Positions 1 to 8,284 of a stretch of 64,000 nucleotides of DNA are shown piece after piece. The notes beneath the pieces were generated by a model that was given only the letters and a program-made list of their open reading frames with translations, was not told where the DNA came from and searched no databases. Source of the stretch: an uncultured Planctomycetaceae bacterium. Its GTDB lineage: Bacteria; Planctomycetota; Planctomycetia; Isosphaerales; Isosphaeraceae. Every line of letters begins with the position of its first letter. Position 1 is the stretch's first letter. Both the position numbers and the translations under genes were made by a program. Where the stretch lies: contig CAWIAD010000002.1 in NCBI GenBank assembly GCA_963833985.1, positions 2,144,001 through 2,208,000 of the forward strand. The letters are read 5' to 3'.

Positions 1-836
1 ATGAAAGGGAAACGGTTGGAATAGGCCGCCCCACGAGCGATCAGAACCCAGCGGGCCACCGGGGTATTGACGACGGCATGTCGGCACACGGAGATCAACA
101 CAACACGGGAAACCCCAAGCGGTGAGGGCGCGTGACCCTCAACCGGACGCCCGCGAGGGACCGGCCGGGCTGCCTGGGGTGGCGGAGAGGCCCGTAGTAC
201 CGTCGACGCCGGGTAACTCCGGTCGAGGGAAGGGGCCTTGGTTCAAGGTCAACGCAACAAGCGGCAGACAGCCGGGAGATTGGCGTGAGTCTATCACCTC
301 CACTGAAGGTCGGGAAGTTGCAGACGGCGTTGCACACCAAAGCGAAGAACGCGCCCAACTATCGGTTCTACGTCCTGTACGACAAGATTTATCGACGTGA
401 CGTTCTGGGATTCGCCTACGAACGCTGCCGTGCCAACGGCGGCGCGCCGGGGATCGACGGCCAGAGTTTCGCCGACATCGAGGCGTCCGGGAAGGAACGA
501 TGGCTGGACGAACTGGCGGAACAACTTCGTAAGGAGACGTATCAACCCCAGGCGGTGCGGCGCGTGTACATCCCCAAAGGGGATGGCAAGCAAAGGCCGC
601 TGGGCATTCCTTGCATCAAGGATCGTGTGGTGCAGATGGCTGCGGTGCTGGTCTTGGAGCCGATCTTCGAGGCCGACCTGGAGCCGGAACAACACGCCTA
701 CCGCCCGGAGCGCAGCGCCCTGGACGCCGTCCGCGAAGTCGAACGGCTGCTCAAGACGGGGCACACCGAGGTGGTGGACGCGGACTTATCTGGATATTTC
801 GATAGCATACCCCATTCCGAGTTAATGAAATCGGCG

Positions 837-2633
837 TCACGGCGCATCAGCGACGGTCGCGTCCTGCGGCTGATCAAGATGTGGCTGGAAACACCGGTGG
901 AAGAAACCGACGGGAAGGGGCAGCGCCATCGAACGACCCGGAATAAAGACCAGGGGATGGGTACACCGCAAGGTGCACCGATCACGCCCCCAACAATGTT
1001 GCGAACTACGTTGTTGGGGGCCTTTCTCAAAAGGGGACGGACTGACCCGATACACGATGCGGACCTCCTGCTCGTCGATCTCGACCTTCTTCACCAAGGC
1101 CCGAACCACCTCCCGTCGCGTGGCCCAGTCCGGCTCTTGCAACCCTTGCGAGACGCGACGTGCGAACTCCTCCAACTGACCGATCACCAGTCGCAATTCC
1201 GCCTCTTGGGCGGCCTCGCCGATTCGTTGTCGATGCTCCTCCGCCAATCTCGAGAGGCGCGTCCTTGCCGCCGAGATCCGGGGCTCGAACTCCGATTTGT
1301 CGAGCAACCCGTCGCCGTAAGCATCGATTAATCGAGAAATCATCTTTTTCACATTATTTATCAATTTGCCGAGATGCTCCACCTCCTGATTCGGCCCGCC
1401 CTGGGCACCCTGCAGCCGCCGCTCGTACTCCTCCCGGACCCGCTCCGGCTCGGACAGGAGACCTCGTAAGTCCTCCCAGACGGCAGCGTCAAGGATATCG
1501 GTGCGGATCTGCTTGTTCCAGCAGAGGCGCTGCCCGCCGAAACGATAGGCGTCAGAGCCCGTGCAACGGTAGTACGCGTAGCGGACCCTACCCTTGCCCT
1601 CGAACGCGGCTCGGCTCGTCGGCTTGCCGTAGCAGCCGTAGCCGCAGCGCTTGCAGACGACCAGGCCCTGGAGCAGATATCGGCCACCGCCGGGCCGGTC
1701 GCGACGGCGTTGCCGGTTCTCTTCAAGCTGGGCCTGGACAGCCAGGAAGAGGTCTTCGCTCACCAGCCCGGGGACTTCAATGAAGATTTGATCTTCCGAG
1801 GATGTATCAACCCGTGAGACCGGTCGCCGGGAGTGTTCGGGGCGGCCTCGCTGCGGGCGGAGGCGTTGAGGTTTGAACTCACCTGAGCGCGTCTTGCCGA
1901 AGGCCGCGGTCCCCTTGTAGGCAGGGTTCTTGAGGATCAACCAGACCGTCGCGCGATCCCAGGCCGATTTCCCGGTCCGCGTCGGGATACTGTCGCGCCG
2001 GAGGCGTCGGCACACCTCGCCGATCGAGCACCGTTCCTGACCCACCCATTCGAAGATCTTCCGCACGACCCGGGACTCTTCAGCGAGGACCTGATAACGC
2101 GCCTCGCCACCTCCCTCGTGCTTGCCGATGTAACGGTAGCCGTACGGCGCGCCGCTGAGGACGTTGACCGAACCGCGGCGGGCGGCGTGTTGCTTGCCCC
2201 TGCGGCAACGCTCCATGATCTTGGCGCGCTCGTATTCCGCGATCATTCCCTGGACCTGAAGCAGCAGGTCGGCTTCCGGACTGCGGCCGACGGGGTTGCG
2301 CAAGAAGACGACCTCGACACCGCACCGGATAAGTTCCTCAAGGATCAAGACCTGATAGGCATACTTGCGTGAAAGTCGATCCGGATCGAGCATATAGAGG
2401 CGGTCGATGGCTCCAGCGGCGGCTTGGTCCCGAAGTCGCTCGAGTGCCGGTCGGGCCAGGATGTAACCGCTGACGCCGTCGTCCACGAAGTGCAGTTCGG
2501 GCTCGCATTCCAAGCCATCAGTGGCGATCCGCTGAGTGACCGCCTCGAGCTGGCTGGCGATCGTGTCCTCCTTCTCCTGCTGCTCCCCCGAAACCCGGGC
2601 GTAGAGCGCCACGCGGAGATTGTCCGTGATCAT
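837..2633 (-). CDS. Large serine recombinase (resolvase, recombinase, zinc-ribbon and coiled-coil domains)
   Basis: N-terminal YARVS catalytic motif, DRLSR, APYGY and LLQGLVVCKRCG...YYRC zinc ribbon. The stop codon lies outside the element. Confidence 0.95.
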   Translation of the reverse strand: MITDNLRVALYARVSGEQQEKEDTIASQLEAVTQRIATDGLECEPELHFVDDGVSGYILARPALERLRDQAAAGAIDRLYMLDPDRLSRKYAYQVLILEELIRCGVEVVFLRNPVGRSPEADLLLQVQGMIAEYERAKIMERCRRGKQHAARRGSVNVLSGAPYGYRYIGKHEGGGEARYQVLAEESRVVRKIFEWVGQERCSIGEVCRRLRRDSIPTRTGKSAWDRATVWLILKNPAYKGTAAFGKTRSGEFKPQRLRPQRGRPEHSRRPVSRVDTSSEDQIFIEVPGLVSEDLFLAVQAQLEENRQRRRDRPGGGRYLLQGLVVCKRCGYGCYGKPTSRAAFEGKGRVRYAYYRCTGSDAYRFGGQRLCWNKQIRTDILDAAVWEDLRGLLSEPERVREEYERRLQGAQGGPNQEVEHLGKLINNVKKMISRLIDAYGDGLLDKSEFEPRISAARTRLSRLAEEHRQRIGEAAQEAELRLVIGQLEEFARRVSQGLQEPDWATRREVVRALVKKVEIDEQEVRIVYRVSPSPFEKGPQQRSSQHCWGRDRCTLRCTHPLVFIPGRSMALPLPVGFFHRCFQPHLDQPQDATVADAP

Positions 2634-2998
2634 GGTTTGTCAAACCCCCCCGACCTTGGACTGGATAGTGTGGACCACAGTCGCGTGGTTGCGGCTGGGT
2701 CGCGGCCGATCCAGGCGCTGCGAAACGACCGGGATCAAGACCTGATATGCACGCGCGATCAATTGCTCCTGAAGCCGAGTGAACTCGAAGTGGCGGGTGA
2801 CAGGAGGACTGAACGTGGGCCTCCGTGGGGACGTGATCATGTCGACTCCTCCTCTCCGAGAGCGCGGCCGCCAGCCTGCCTTGGATCGGGATCGAGTCGG
2901 GGCTGCCATCCGTGCCCGTACTTCGGTCGAAGCCGCGATCTGGAAATGACAGAGTCAGGAATCAGGGACGATTTTGCAACATTGTTGGGGGCGTGATC
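980..2998 (-). mobile_element. Minimal large-serine-recombinase mobile element
   Basis: Absent from intron copy 2. Bounded by perfect 23-bp inverted repeats GATCACGCCCCCAACAATGTTGC (980-1002 and 2976-2998). GATC occurs at both junctions but once in the empty site (9511-9514). Confidence 0.92.
2640..2840 (-). CDS. Small hypothetical protein upstream of the recombinase (66 aa)
   Basis: ATG at 2840 preceded by GAGGAG; ends 6 nt before the recombinase start. Confidence 0.6.
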   Translation of the reverse strand: MITSPRRPTFSPPVTRHFEFTRLQEQLIARAYQVLIPVVSQRLDRPRPSRNHATVVHTIQSKVGGV

Positions 2999-3540
2999 TC
3001 ACCATTGTTGTCAAACATCTACATGCGACGATTTGTGAAGGGATGGAAGACTGGTGGACACGAGCGGCGTCTGGTCGCGCGAATCGTCAACTATGCGGAC
3101 GACTTCGTCATCTGCTGTCGCGGCACGGCCGAAGAGGCCATGACGGTGATGCGGAAGATGATGTCCAGGCTGAAGTTAACGGTGAACGAGACCAAGACGC
3201 GGCTGTGCCACCTGCCTGAGGAGACGTTCGACTTTCTGGGTTATACCCTCGGCCGGAACTACGACCGACGAACGGGCCGATCCTACATAGGGTCACGCCC
3301 ATCGCGGAAGAAGATCATTCGGCTGTGCAGCGAGATCAGTGCGATGACGACGCGCCAGACCACTGGACAGGACGTCGAGATGCAGATTGGTCGGATCAAT
3401 CGCAAGTTACGCGGTTGGTCCAACTATTTTCGCATCGGAACGGTGAGCCCAGCCTATCGCCAAGTCAACCACCACGTCCGCTACCGGGTACGTCAGTGGT
3501 TGTGTGCGAAGTTCAAGGTGCCGGGTCAGGGGCTCAGACG

Positions 3541-4825
3541 CAGGGCCAGCGCGCACTTTAGGCAGGCTTGGTAGGATGTAGGGGTTGCGCTTTGTGCCGT
3601 TTATTTGTATACCTCTCCGTGTGTGACATCGCTCCCGGCACACGGAGAATCCGCCATGGCAGATCATCGACGTGTCTCTTTGGATGAGGTTGTGGCCCAC
3701 TTTCAGCAATTGGAGGATCCACGCTCGACCATCAATCAGCGACATCCCCTGGTCAGTGTACTGGTTATCGCCTTGCTGGCGGTGCTCGCCGGTGCCGCCG
3801 GGCCAACCGCGATCGCGCGCTGGGCATCCCTGAAGCAGGAGCTTCTCCTTCAGGTGCTCGAGTTGCCCAACGGCGTGCCGCGCAAGGATGTCTTCCGCCG
3901 CGTCCTCATGATGCTGAAGCCGGCCGCCTTCCAGGCCTGCTTTGCCAGTTGGTTGCAGTCGTTGCGTACGGCGGCGATCGCGGCGACCGGCGTGGAGCAA
4001 CCCATCCTGGCTGTGGACGGCAAGACGGTGCGACGCAGCCACGACCACAAGAACGGTCTGGGTGCCCTGCATTCGGTCACCGTCTGGGCCAGCGAGTTCG
4101 GCCTCTCGCTGGGTCAGGTGGCCTGCGACGAAAAATCGAACGAAATCACGGCCATTCCCGAGCTTTTGAGGCTGGTGGACATCAAAGGGGCGATCATCAC
4201 CATCGACGCGATGGGCACTCAGAAGGCAATCGCAGCGGAGATCATCAAGGGCAAGGCCGACTTTGTGCTGGCGCTGAAGGGGAACCAAGAGACGCTGCAT
4301 CAGGCGGTCATCGATTACATCGACAAGCAACTCGATGGAGACATCTCCGATGCGCAAGAACATGTAACGAATGAGCGTGGACATGGGCGTGAGGAGATGC
4401 GAACCTATCTCCAGCTCCCGGCCCCCAAGGAGCTGCCCGGCTTCGATCTGTGGGCGGGACTGAAGTCGATCGGGGTGGTGACGTCGCGCTGCCTTCGGGA
4501 CGGGAAGGAATCTGTCGAAGTCCGCTACTACATCAGCAGTCTGGCCCTGGATGTGAAAACCTTCGCCCGAGCCGTTCGTGGGCACTGGGGTATCGAGAAC
4601 AGCTGTCACTGGACGCTGGACATGAGCTTTCGCGAGGACGAATCGCGGCTCCGCGAGCGGCGGTTGAGAGAGAATTTCGCGTGGCTGAACCGCTTCGCGT
4701 TGTCGCTCTGCAAACAGCATCCTGGACGCCAAAGCGTCGTGATGAAGCGCCGGAGTTGCGGTTGGAGCGATACCTTCTTGATGGAAGTCGTTACTGGATC
4801 TACATGTTAGTGTGCGCTGGCCCTG
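3541..4825 (+). mobile_element. ISAs1-family insertion sequence (1285 bp)
   Basis: 17-bp terminal inverted repeats CAGGGCCAGCGC(G/A)CACT (16/17 match) and a 10-bp target duplication GGCTCAGACG at 3531-3540 and 4826-4835. Absent from intron copy 2. Confidence 0.95.
3656..4810 (+). CDS. ISAs1-family DDE transposase
   Basis: Motifs DPR, AVDGKT, KSNEITAIPELL, TIDAMGTQ, HWGIEN and FRED; GGAG upstream of ATG 3656. Confidence 0.95.
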   Translation: MADHRRVSLDEVVAHFQQLEDPRSTINQRHPLVSVLVIALLAVLAGAAGPTAIARWASLKQELLLQVLELPNGVPRKDVFRRVLMMLKPAAFQACFASWLQSLRTAAIAATGVEQPILAVDGKTVRRSHDHKNGLGALHSVTVWASEFGLSLGQVACDEKSNEITAIPELLRLVDIKGAIITIDAMGTQKAIAAEIIKGKADFVLALKGNQETLHQAVIDYIDKQLDGDISDAQEHVTNERGHGREEMRTYLQLPAPKELPGFDLWAGLKSIGVVTSRCLRDGKESVEVRYYISSLALDVKTFARAVRGHWGIENSCHWTLDMSFREDESRLRERRLRENFAWLNRFALSLCKQHPGRQSVVMKRRSCGWSDTFLMEVVTGSTC

Positions 4826-5087
4826 GGCTCAGACGCTACCCTGACAGATACCTGCACCAGGAGTTGCATCTTTACCAGCTGCAACGAACCTAGCCGCGAT
4901 GGTTTCGTGAGCGAACGTGTGAACTCAACCGATGAGACAAGCCTTGTCCGAAAGCTGGATGCGGGAAAACCGCCCGTCCAGTTTGATGAGCGGGGTGTGG
5001 AAACGAGGCCCAGCCGAGCCATCGACTCGAGCCCACCGCGCCACACCTCGACTCTACATCGTGTCACTTCTTCGATCTGATGGAACC

Positions 5088-5295
5088 TGGAATGGCACGA
5101 TGAGAATCGTACCCCACGAGAATGGAATGGCACGATTGGAATCGTACCCCACGAGAATGGAAAGGCACGATTGGAATCGTACCCCACGAGAATGGGAAGG
5201 CACGATTGGAATCGTACCCCACGAGAATGGGAAGGCACGATTGGAATCGTACCCCACGAGAATGGGAAGGCACGATTGGAATCGTACCCCACGAG
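5088..5295. repeat. Six tandem 35-bp REP-like units (GGCACGATTGGAATCGTACCCCACGAG plus 8-bp linker)
   Basis: Core starts at 5094, 5129, 5164, 5199, 5234 and 5269; internal palindrome ACGAT-TGGA-ATCGT. Confidence 0.95.
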
Positions 5296-5472
5296 GAGAG
5301 CGGCCAGGCAGGGCTCTCAGCCCTGGGCAAGCGAACGGCAATCCTGTCCAGAGACTTCTCCGGATCTGCTTGAGGCGCGGCACGCGGATCCGACGCAGGC
5401 CGTTTCTGGCGTGCAGACAAAGCCGGGCGGCTCACGGAGCCACCTCTCGAGTGAAGGCGTTCGACCCGGCGA

Positions 5473-7551
5473 TCAGCCCCGCTCGCCAGTCTGTTGCCGT
5501 TTCTTATCCTTTCGGCGTGCTGTCGTCCGCCCCGGGCGGTAGCCTGTGCTCGGCAGCCCGCGCTCGCCGGCCGGCTCGCCCTTCGCAGGATTTGCCATCG
5601 AGTGATAATGGTCGCCTTCGGCCGTCTCGTTCGCCTGACGCCTTCGTGCCTCGATCGCTGCCCTGGGCGGCTGAGCGGGGATCAGGCAATCGCAGCCGCT
5701 GCCGATCAGGTCCGCTCGGCCCGCCTTGAGCAGGGCGTCCCGCACCAGGAAGTAGTTCTCGGGCTTGAAGAACTGCATGAGCGCGCGCTGCATCTTGCGG
5801 TCCCGCAAGCCTCTGGCGATGTGTACCGGTACCCCGCTGAACGGATCCAGTCCGGTGTAGTACATGCAGGTGGCGATATCGAAGGGAGCGGGGATGAAGT
5901 CTTGCACCTGATCGGGCTTGTATCCGTTCCGTTTCAGGAAGACGGCCAGGTCGATCATGGCGCTCAGGTCGCTGCCGGGATGCGAGGCGATGTAGTAAGG
6001 AACCAGGAACTGCTTCTTGCCTGCCTTGCGGCTCGCCGTCTGAAAGGCTTCGGCAAAGCCGTCGTAATCGGCGGCGTTCGGCTTCTTCATGAGCCGCAGC
6101 ACGTTGCTGTCGGTGTGCTCGGGAGCGACCTTGAGATGGCCGCCGACGTGGTGGCGGGCGAGCTCGTCCATGTACTCGGGCGATTTCTGCGCCAGGTCCA
6201 TGCGGATGCCCGAGGCGACGAGGACCTTGTCGATGCCGGGAACCTGGCGGCTCTCGCGCATCAGCTCCACGAGCGGGCCGTGGTCGGTGCCCAGCAGCTT
6301 GCAGATCGTGGGATGAACGCACGACAGCCGCTTGCACTTCGCCTCCACCTCCGGCCGCGTGCAGCGCATCTCGTACATGTTGGCCGTCGGCCCGCCCAGG
6401 TCGGAGACGACACCCGAGAAGCTCTTGTCGGCCGCCATCGTTCTCAGTTCCGCCAGGACCGACTCTTGCGACCGCGACTGGATGATCCGCCCCTGGTGGG
6501 CCGTGATCGAGCAGAAGGTGCAGCCGCCGAAGCAGCCGCGCATGATCGTCACCGAGTCTTTCACCACCTCGTAGGCCGGGATCTTCCGGCCCTTGTACAG
6601 CGGATGCGGCCTGCGCGTGTAGGGCAGGCCGTAGACCCTGTCCATGTCCTCCTGGCTGATCGGCAAGGCGGGCGGATTGCAGACCACCGCCTGGCGGTCG
6701 TGGAACTGCACGAGCGTTCGCGCGTTCAGCGGGTTGGTCTCCTGGTGGATGACCTTCGTTGCCCGGGCGAACGCCAGCTTGTCGGCCTTGACCTCCTGGA
6801 ACGAAGGCAGCACCAGGGCGTTCAGCGGAGGCGCCTCGCTGGCTCCCAGGGCATAGGCGACGCCGCGCATGTCCCGCAGGTCCTTGACGGTCTCTCCGGC
6901 CTCGAGCCGGCGCGCAATCTCGACAATCTGGTGCTCGCCCATGCCGAAGACCACCAGGTCCGCCTTCGCGTCGAGCAAAATAGAGCGGCGCACCGTGTCG
7001 CTCCAGTAGTCATAATGGGCCAGCCTGCGCAGAGAAGCCTCCACGCCGCCGGCGATGACCGGCACGCCAGGAAAGGCCTCGCGGGCGCGCTGGCAGTAGG
7101 ACAGCGTCGCCCGATCGGGGCGCAGGCCAATTTGCCCGTCGGGGCTGTATGCGTCGTCGTTGCGCACCTTCTTGTTCGCGGTGTAATGGTTGATCATGCT
7201 GTCCATGTTGCCGGCGCTGATGCCGAAGAACAGCCGGGGCCGGCCGAACTGCCGCCAGGGCGCGGCGCTGCGCCAGTCGGGCTGGCTGAGGATCGCAACG
7301 CGAAACCCGGCCGCCTCGAGCACCCGTCCCAGAATGCCCATCGCGAACGCGGGATGATCGACGTAGGCGTCTCCAGTCACGAAGACGACGTCGACCTCGT
7401 TCCAGCCCCGCGCTTCCATCTCCGCACGCGACGCCGGCAAGTGTGGCAGCGTCAGCGGAACAACCGGCAGCACTGGAAGTTGCGTCGGTGCCGCGTTGGG
7501 GTCGCTTGGCCGCGTGGTGGCGCAGGTGGTGTTCGTGAAATCAGGCGTCAT
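5473..7551 (-). CDS. ygiQ: YgiQ/UPF0313 family radical SAM protein
   Basis: [19 protein letters not shown] and the [11 protein letters not shown]xxxCxxC motif. Confidence 0.92.
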   Translation of the reverse strand: MTPDFTNTTCATTRPSDPNAAPTQLPVLPVVPLTLPHLPASRAEMEARGWNEVDVVFVTGDAYVDHPAFAMGILGRVLEAAGFRVAILSQPDWRSAAPWRQFGRPRLFFGISAGNMDSMINHYTANKKVRNDDAYSPDGQIGLRPDRATLSYCQRAREAFPGVPVIAGGVEASLRRLAHYDYWSDTVRRSILLDAKADLVVFGMGEHQIVEIARRLEAGETVKDLRDMRGVAYALGASEAPPLNALVLPSFQEVKADKLAFARATKVIHQETNPLNARTLVQFHDRQAVVCNPPALPISQEDMDRVYGLPYTRRPHPLYKGRKIPAYEVVKDSVTIMRGCFGGCTFCSITAHQGRIIQSRSQESVLAELRTMAADKSFSGVVSDLGGPTANMYEMRCTRPEVEAKCKRLSCVHPTICKLLGTDHGPLVELMRESRQVPGIDKVLVASGIRMDLAQKSPEYMDELARHHVGGHLKVAPEHTDSNVLRLMKKPNAADYDGFAEAFQTASRKAGKKQFLVPYYIASHPGSDLSAMIDLAVFLKRNGYKPDQVQDFIPAPFDIATCMYYTGLDPFSGVPVHIARGLRDRKMQRALMQFFKPENYFLVRDALLKAGRADLIGSGCDCLIPAQPPRAAIEARRRQANETAEGDHYHSMANPAKGEPAGERGLPSTGYRPGRTTARRKDKKRQQTGERG

Positions 7552-7608
7552 GCGATTCGTCTGCGATGTTCAAAGGCAACTACAAGAAAGCGTTACGCCA
7601 AGAGTATT

Positions 7609-8148
7609 ATGGCTTTGCAGTCAACCGGGGAACATGTCACTTCAGCGGATTCACCCGTGGATCGATTTTACAGGATCGTCAATTCCATCAGCGCGGTCAT
7701 TCTGATCGTGGGATTGAGCTACGGTGCTCTGGTCGTGGTGATCGGCGTGCGCGATGCGTTCAAGCCTGCGGACTGGGTTGAGCTTCACCTGGAGCATGTC
7801 CCGGAGAGCGTCGATAAGATCTTTGTGGTCGCCAGGCGCCAGGACACGACGTTTCCTCTGGGATGGTACTTTTTCAAGGTGCTGGCCTGGTCAGGGTCGT
7901 CCCACGACGTTGGGGAGATGTGGTACACGAACACAGGCAGGGACCAGAGAAAGGGAGATGTCCGCTGGGCATCCGCCGATTCGTATGGCATCCTGGCACG
8001 CCTGAAGTCGGGCAAGTGGGTGCTGTGGTGGCTCGAGCCGAAGTTCATAGCGGGTCCATCGAACTGGCGCTACCTGTTTGGAGGCGGCGAAACCGTGGTC
8101 ATCCAGACTCTGGGAATCGAGTCGGCGGAGGATGCGCCCGATCGCTGA
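7609..8148 (+). CDS. Hypothetical membrane-anchored protein
   Basis: Last 179 codons of a long shadow ORF, with a hydrophobic segment (SAVILIVGLSYGALVVVIGV); start uncertain. Confidence 0.55.
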   Translation: MALQSTGEHVTSADSPVDRFYRIVNSISAVILIVGLSYGALVVVIGVRDAFKPADWVELHLEHVPESVDKIFVVARRQDTTFPLGWYFFKVLAWSGSSHDVGEMWYTNTGRDQRKGDVRWASADSYGILARLKSGKWVLWWLEPKFIAGPSNWRYLFGGGETVVIQTLGIESAEDAPDR

Positions 8149-8258
8149 TCGACCAGGTTCGGACGCACGATTGACGGTTTTCCCCGGTGGCTAAGCAGGT
8201 TCGCAATAATTCTTTGACAGGCATTCATCGGGTTGATGCGATCCTGGATGACCGGAAG

Positions 8259-8284
8259 GCCGCTCTTTGTGGGACACGATTCCG
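8259..8284 (+). repeat. Left half of REP hairpin forming the intron 5' exon (GGCCGCTCTTTGTGGGACACGATTCCG)
   Basis: Joined to 10279 onward it restores GACACGAT-TCCG-ATCGTGTC. The flank is an imperfect inverted copy of CCCCACGAGGAGAGCGGCC at the far end of the array. Confidence 0.85.

Larger units (their letters stand above)
285..4893 (+). pseudogene. ltrA: Group II intron reverse transcriptase/maturase split into 285-983, 2999-3540 and 4836-4893
   Basis: The pieces rejoin to the 432-aa ORF at 8816-10114; motifs RPLGIP, GTPQG, YADD and LRGWSNYF. Confidence 0.92.
1..5057 (+). mobile_element. Group II intron copy 1 (5' end outside window), disrupted by two nested insertions
   Basis: Near-identical to 8532-10278 outside the two insertions. 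Domain V (AAAGCTGGATGCGGGAAAACCGCCCGTCCAGTTT) at 4951-4984; domain VI ends ...CGACTCTAC at 5057. Confidence 0.95.

Noticed and set aside
285..1331. 348-aa novel RT variant
   Set aside because: It is a chimera: the RT N-terminus reading into the antisense strand of the inserted recombinase element, and it lacks YADD.
5088..5295. CRISPR array next to an RT (RT-Cas type system)
   Set aside because: The linkers are only 8 bp and nearly identical, so there are no unique spacers. No cas genes are in the window, and the RT is a standard intron maturase.
4807..5729. Repeat-containing small proteins (MGRHDWNRTP..., ARLESYPT...)
   Set aside because: These are translations of the 35-bp tandem repeat and intron domains V-VI.
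5494..7608. N-terminal part of the 884-aa plus-strand ORF, and similar long antisense ORFs elsewhere
   Set aside because: Shadow ORFs opposite well-supported genes, common in high-GC DNA.
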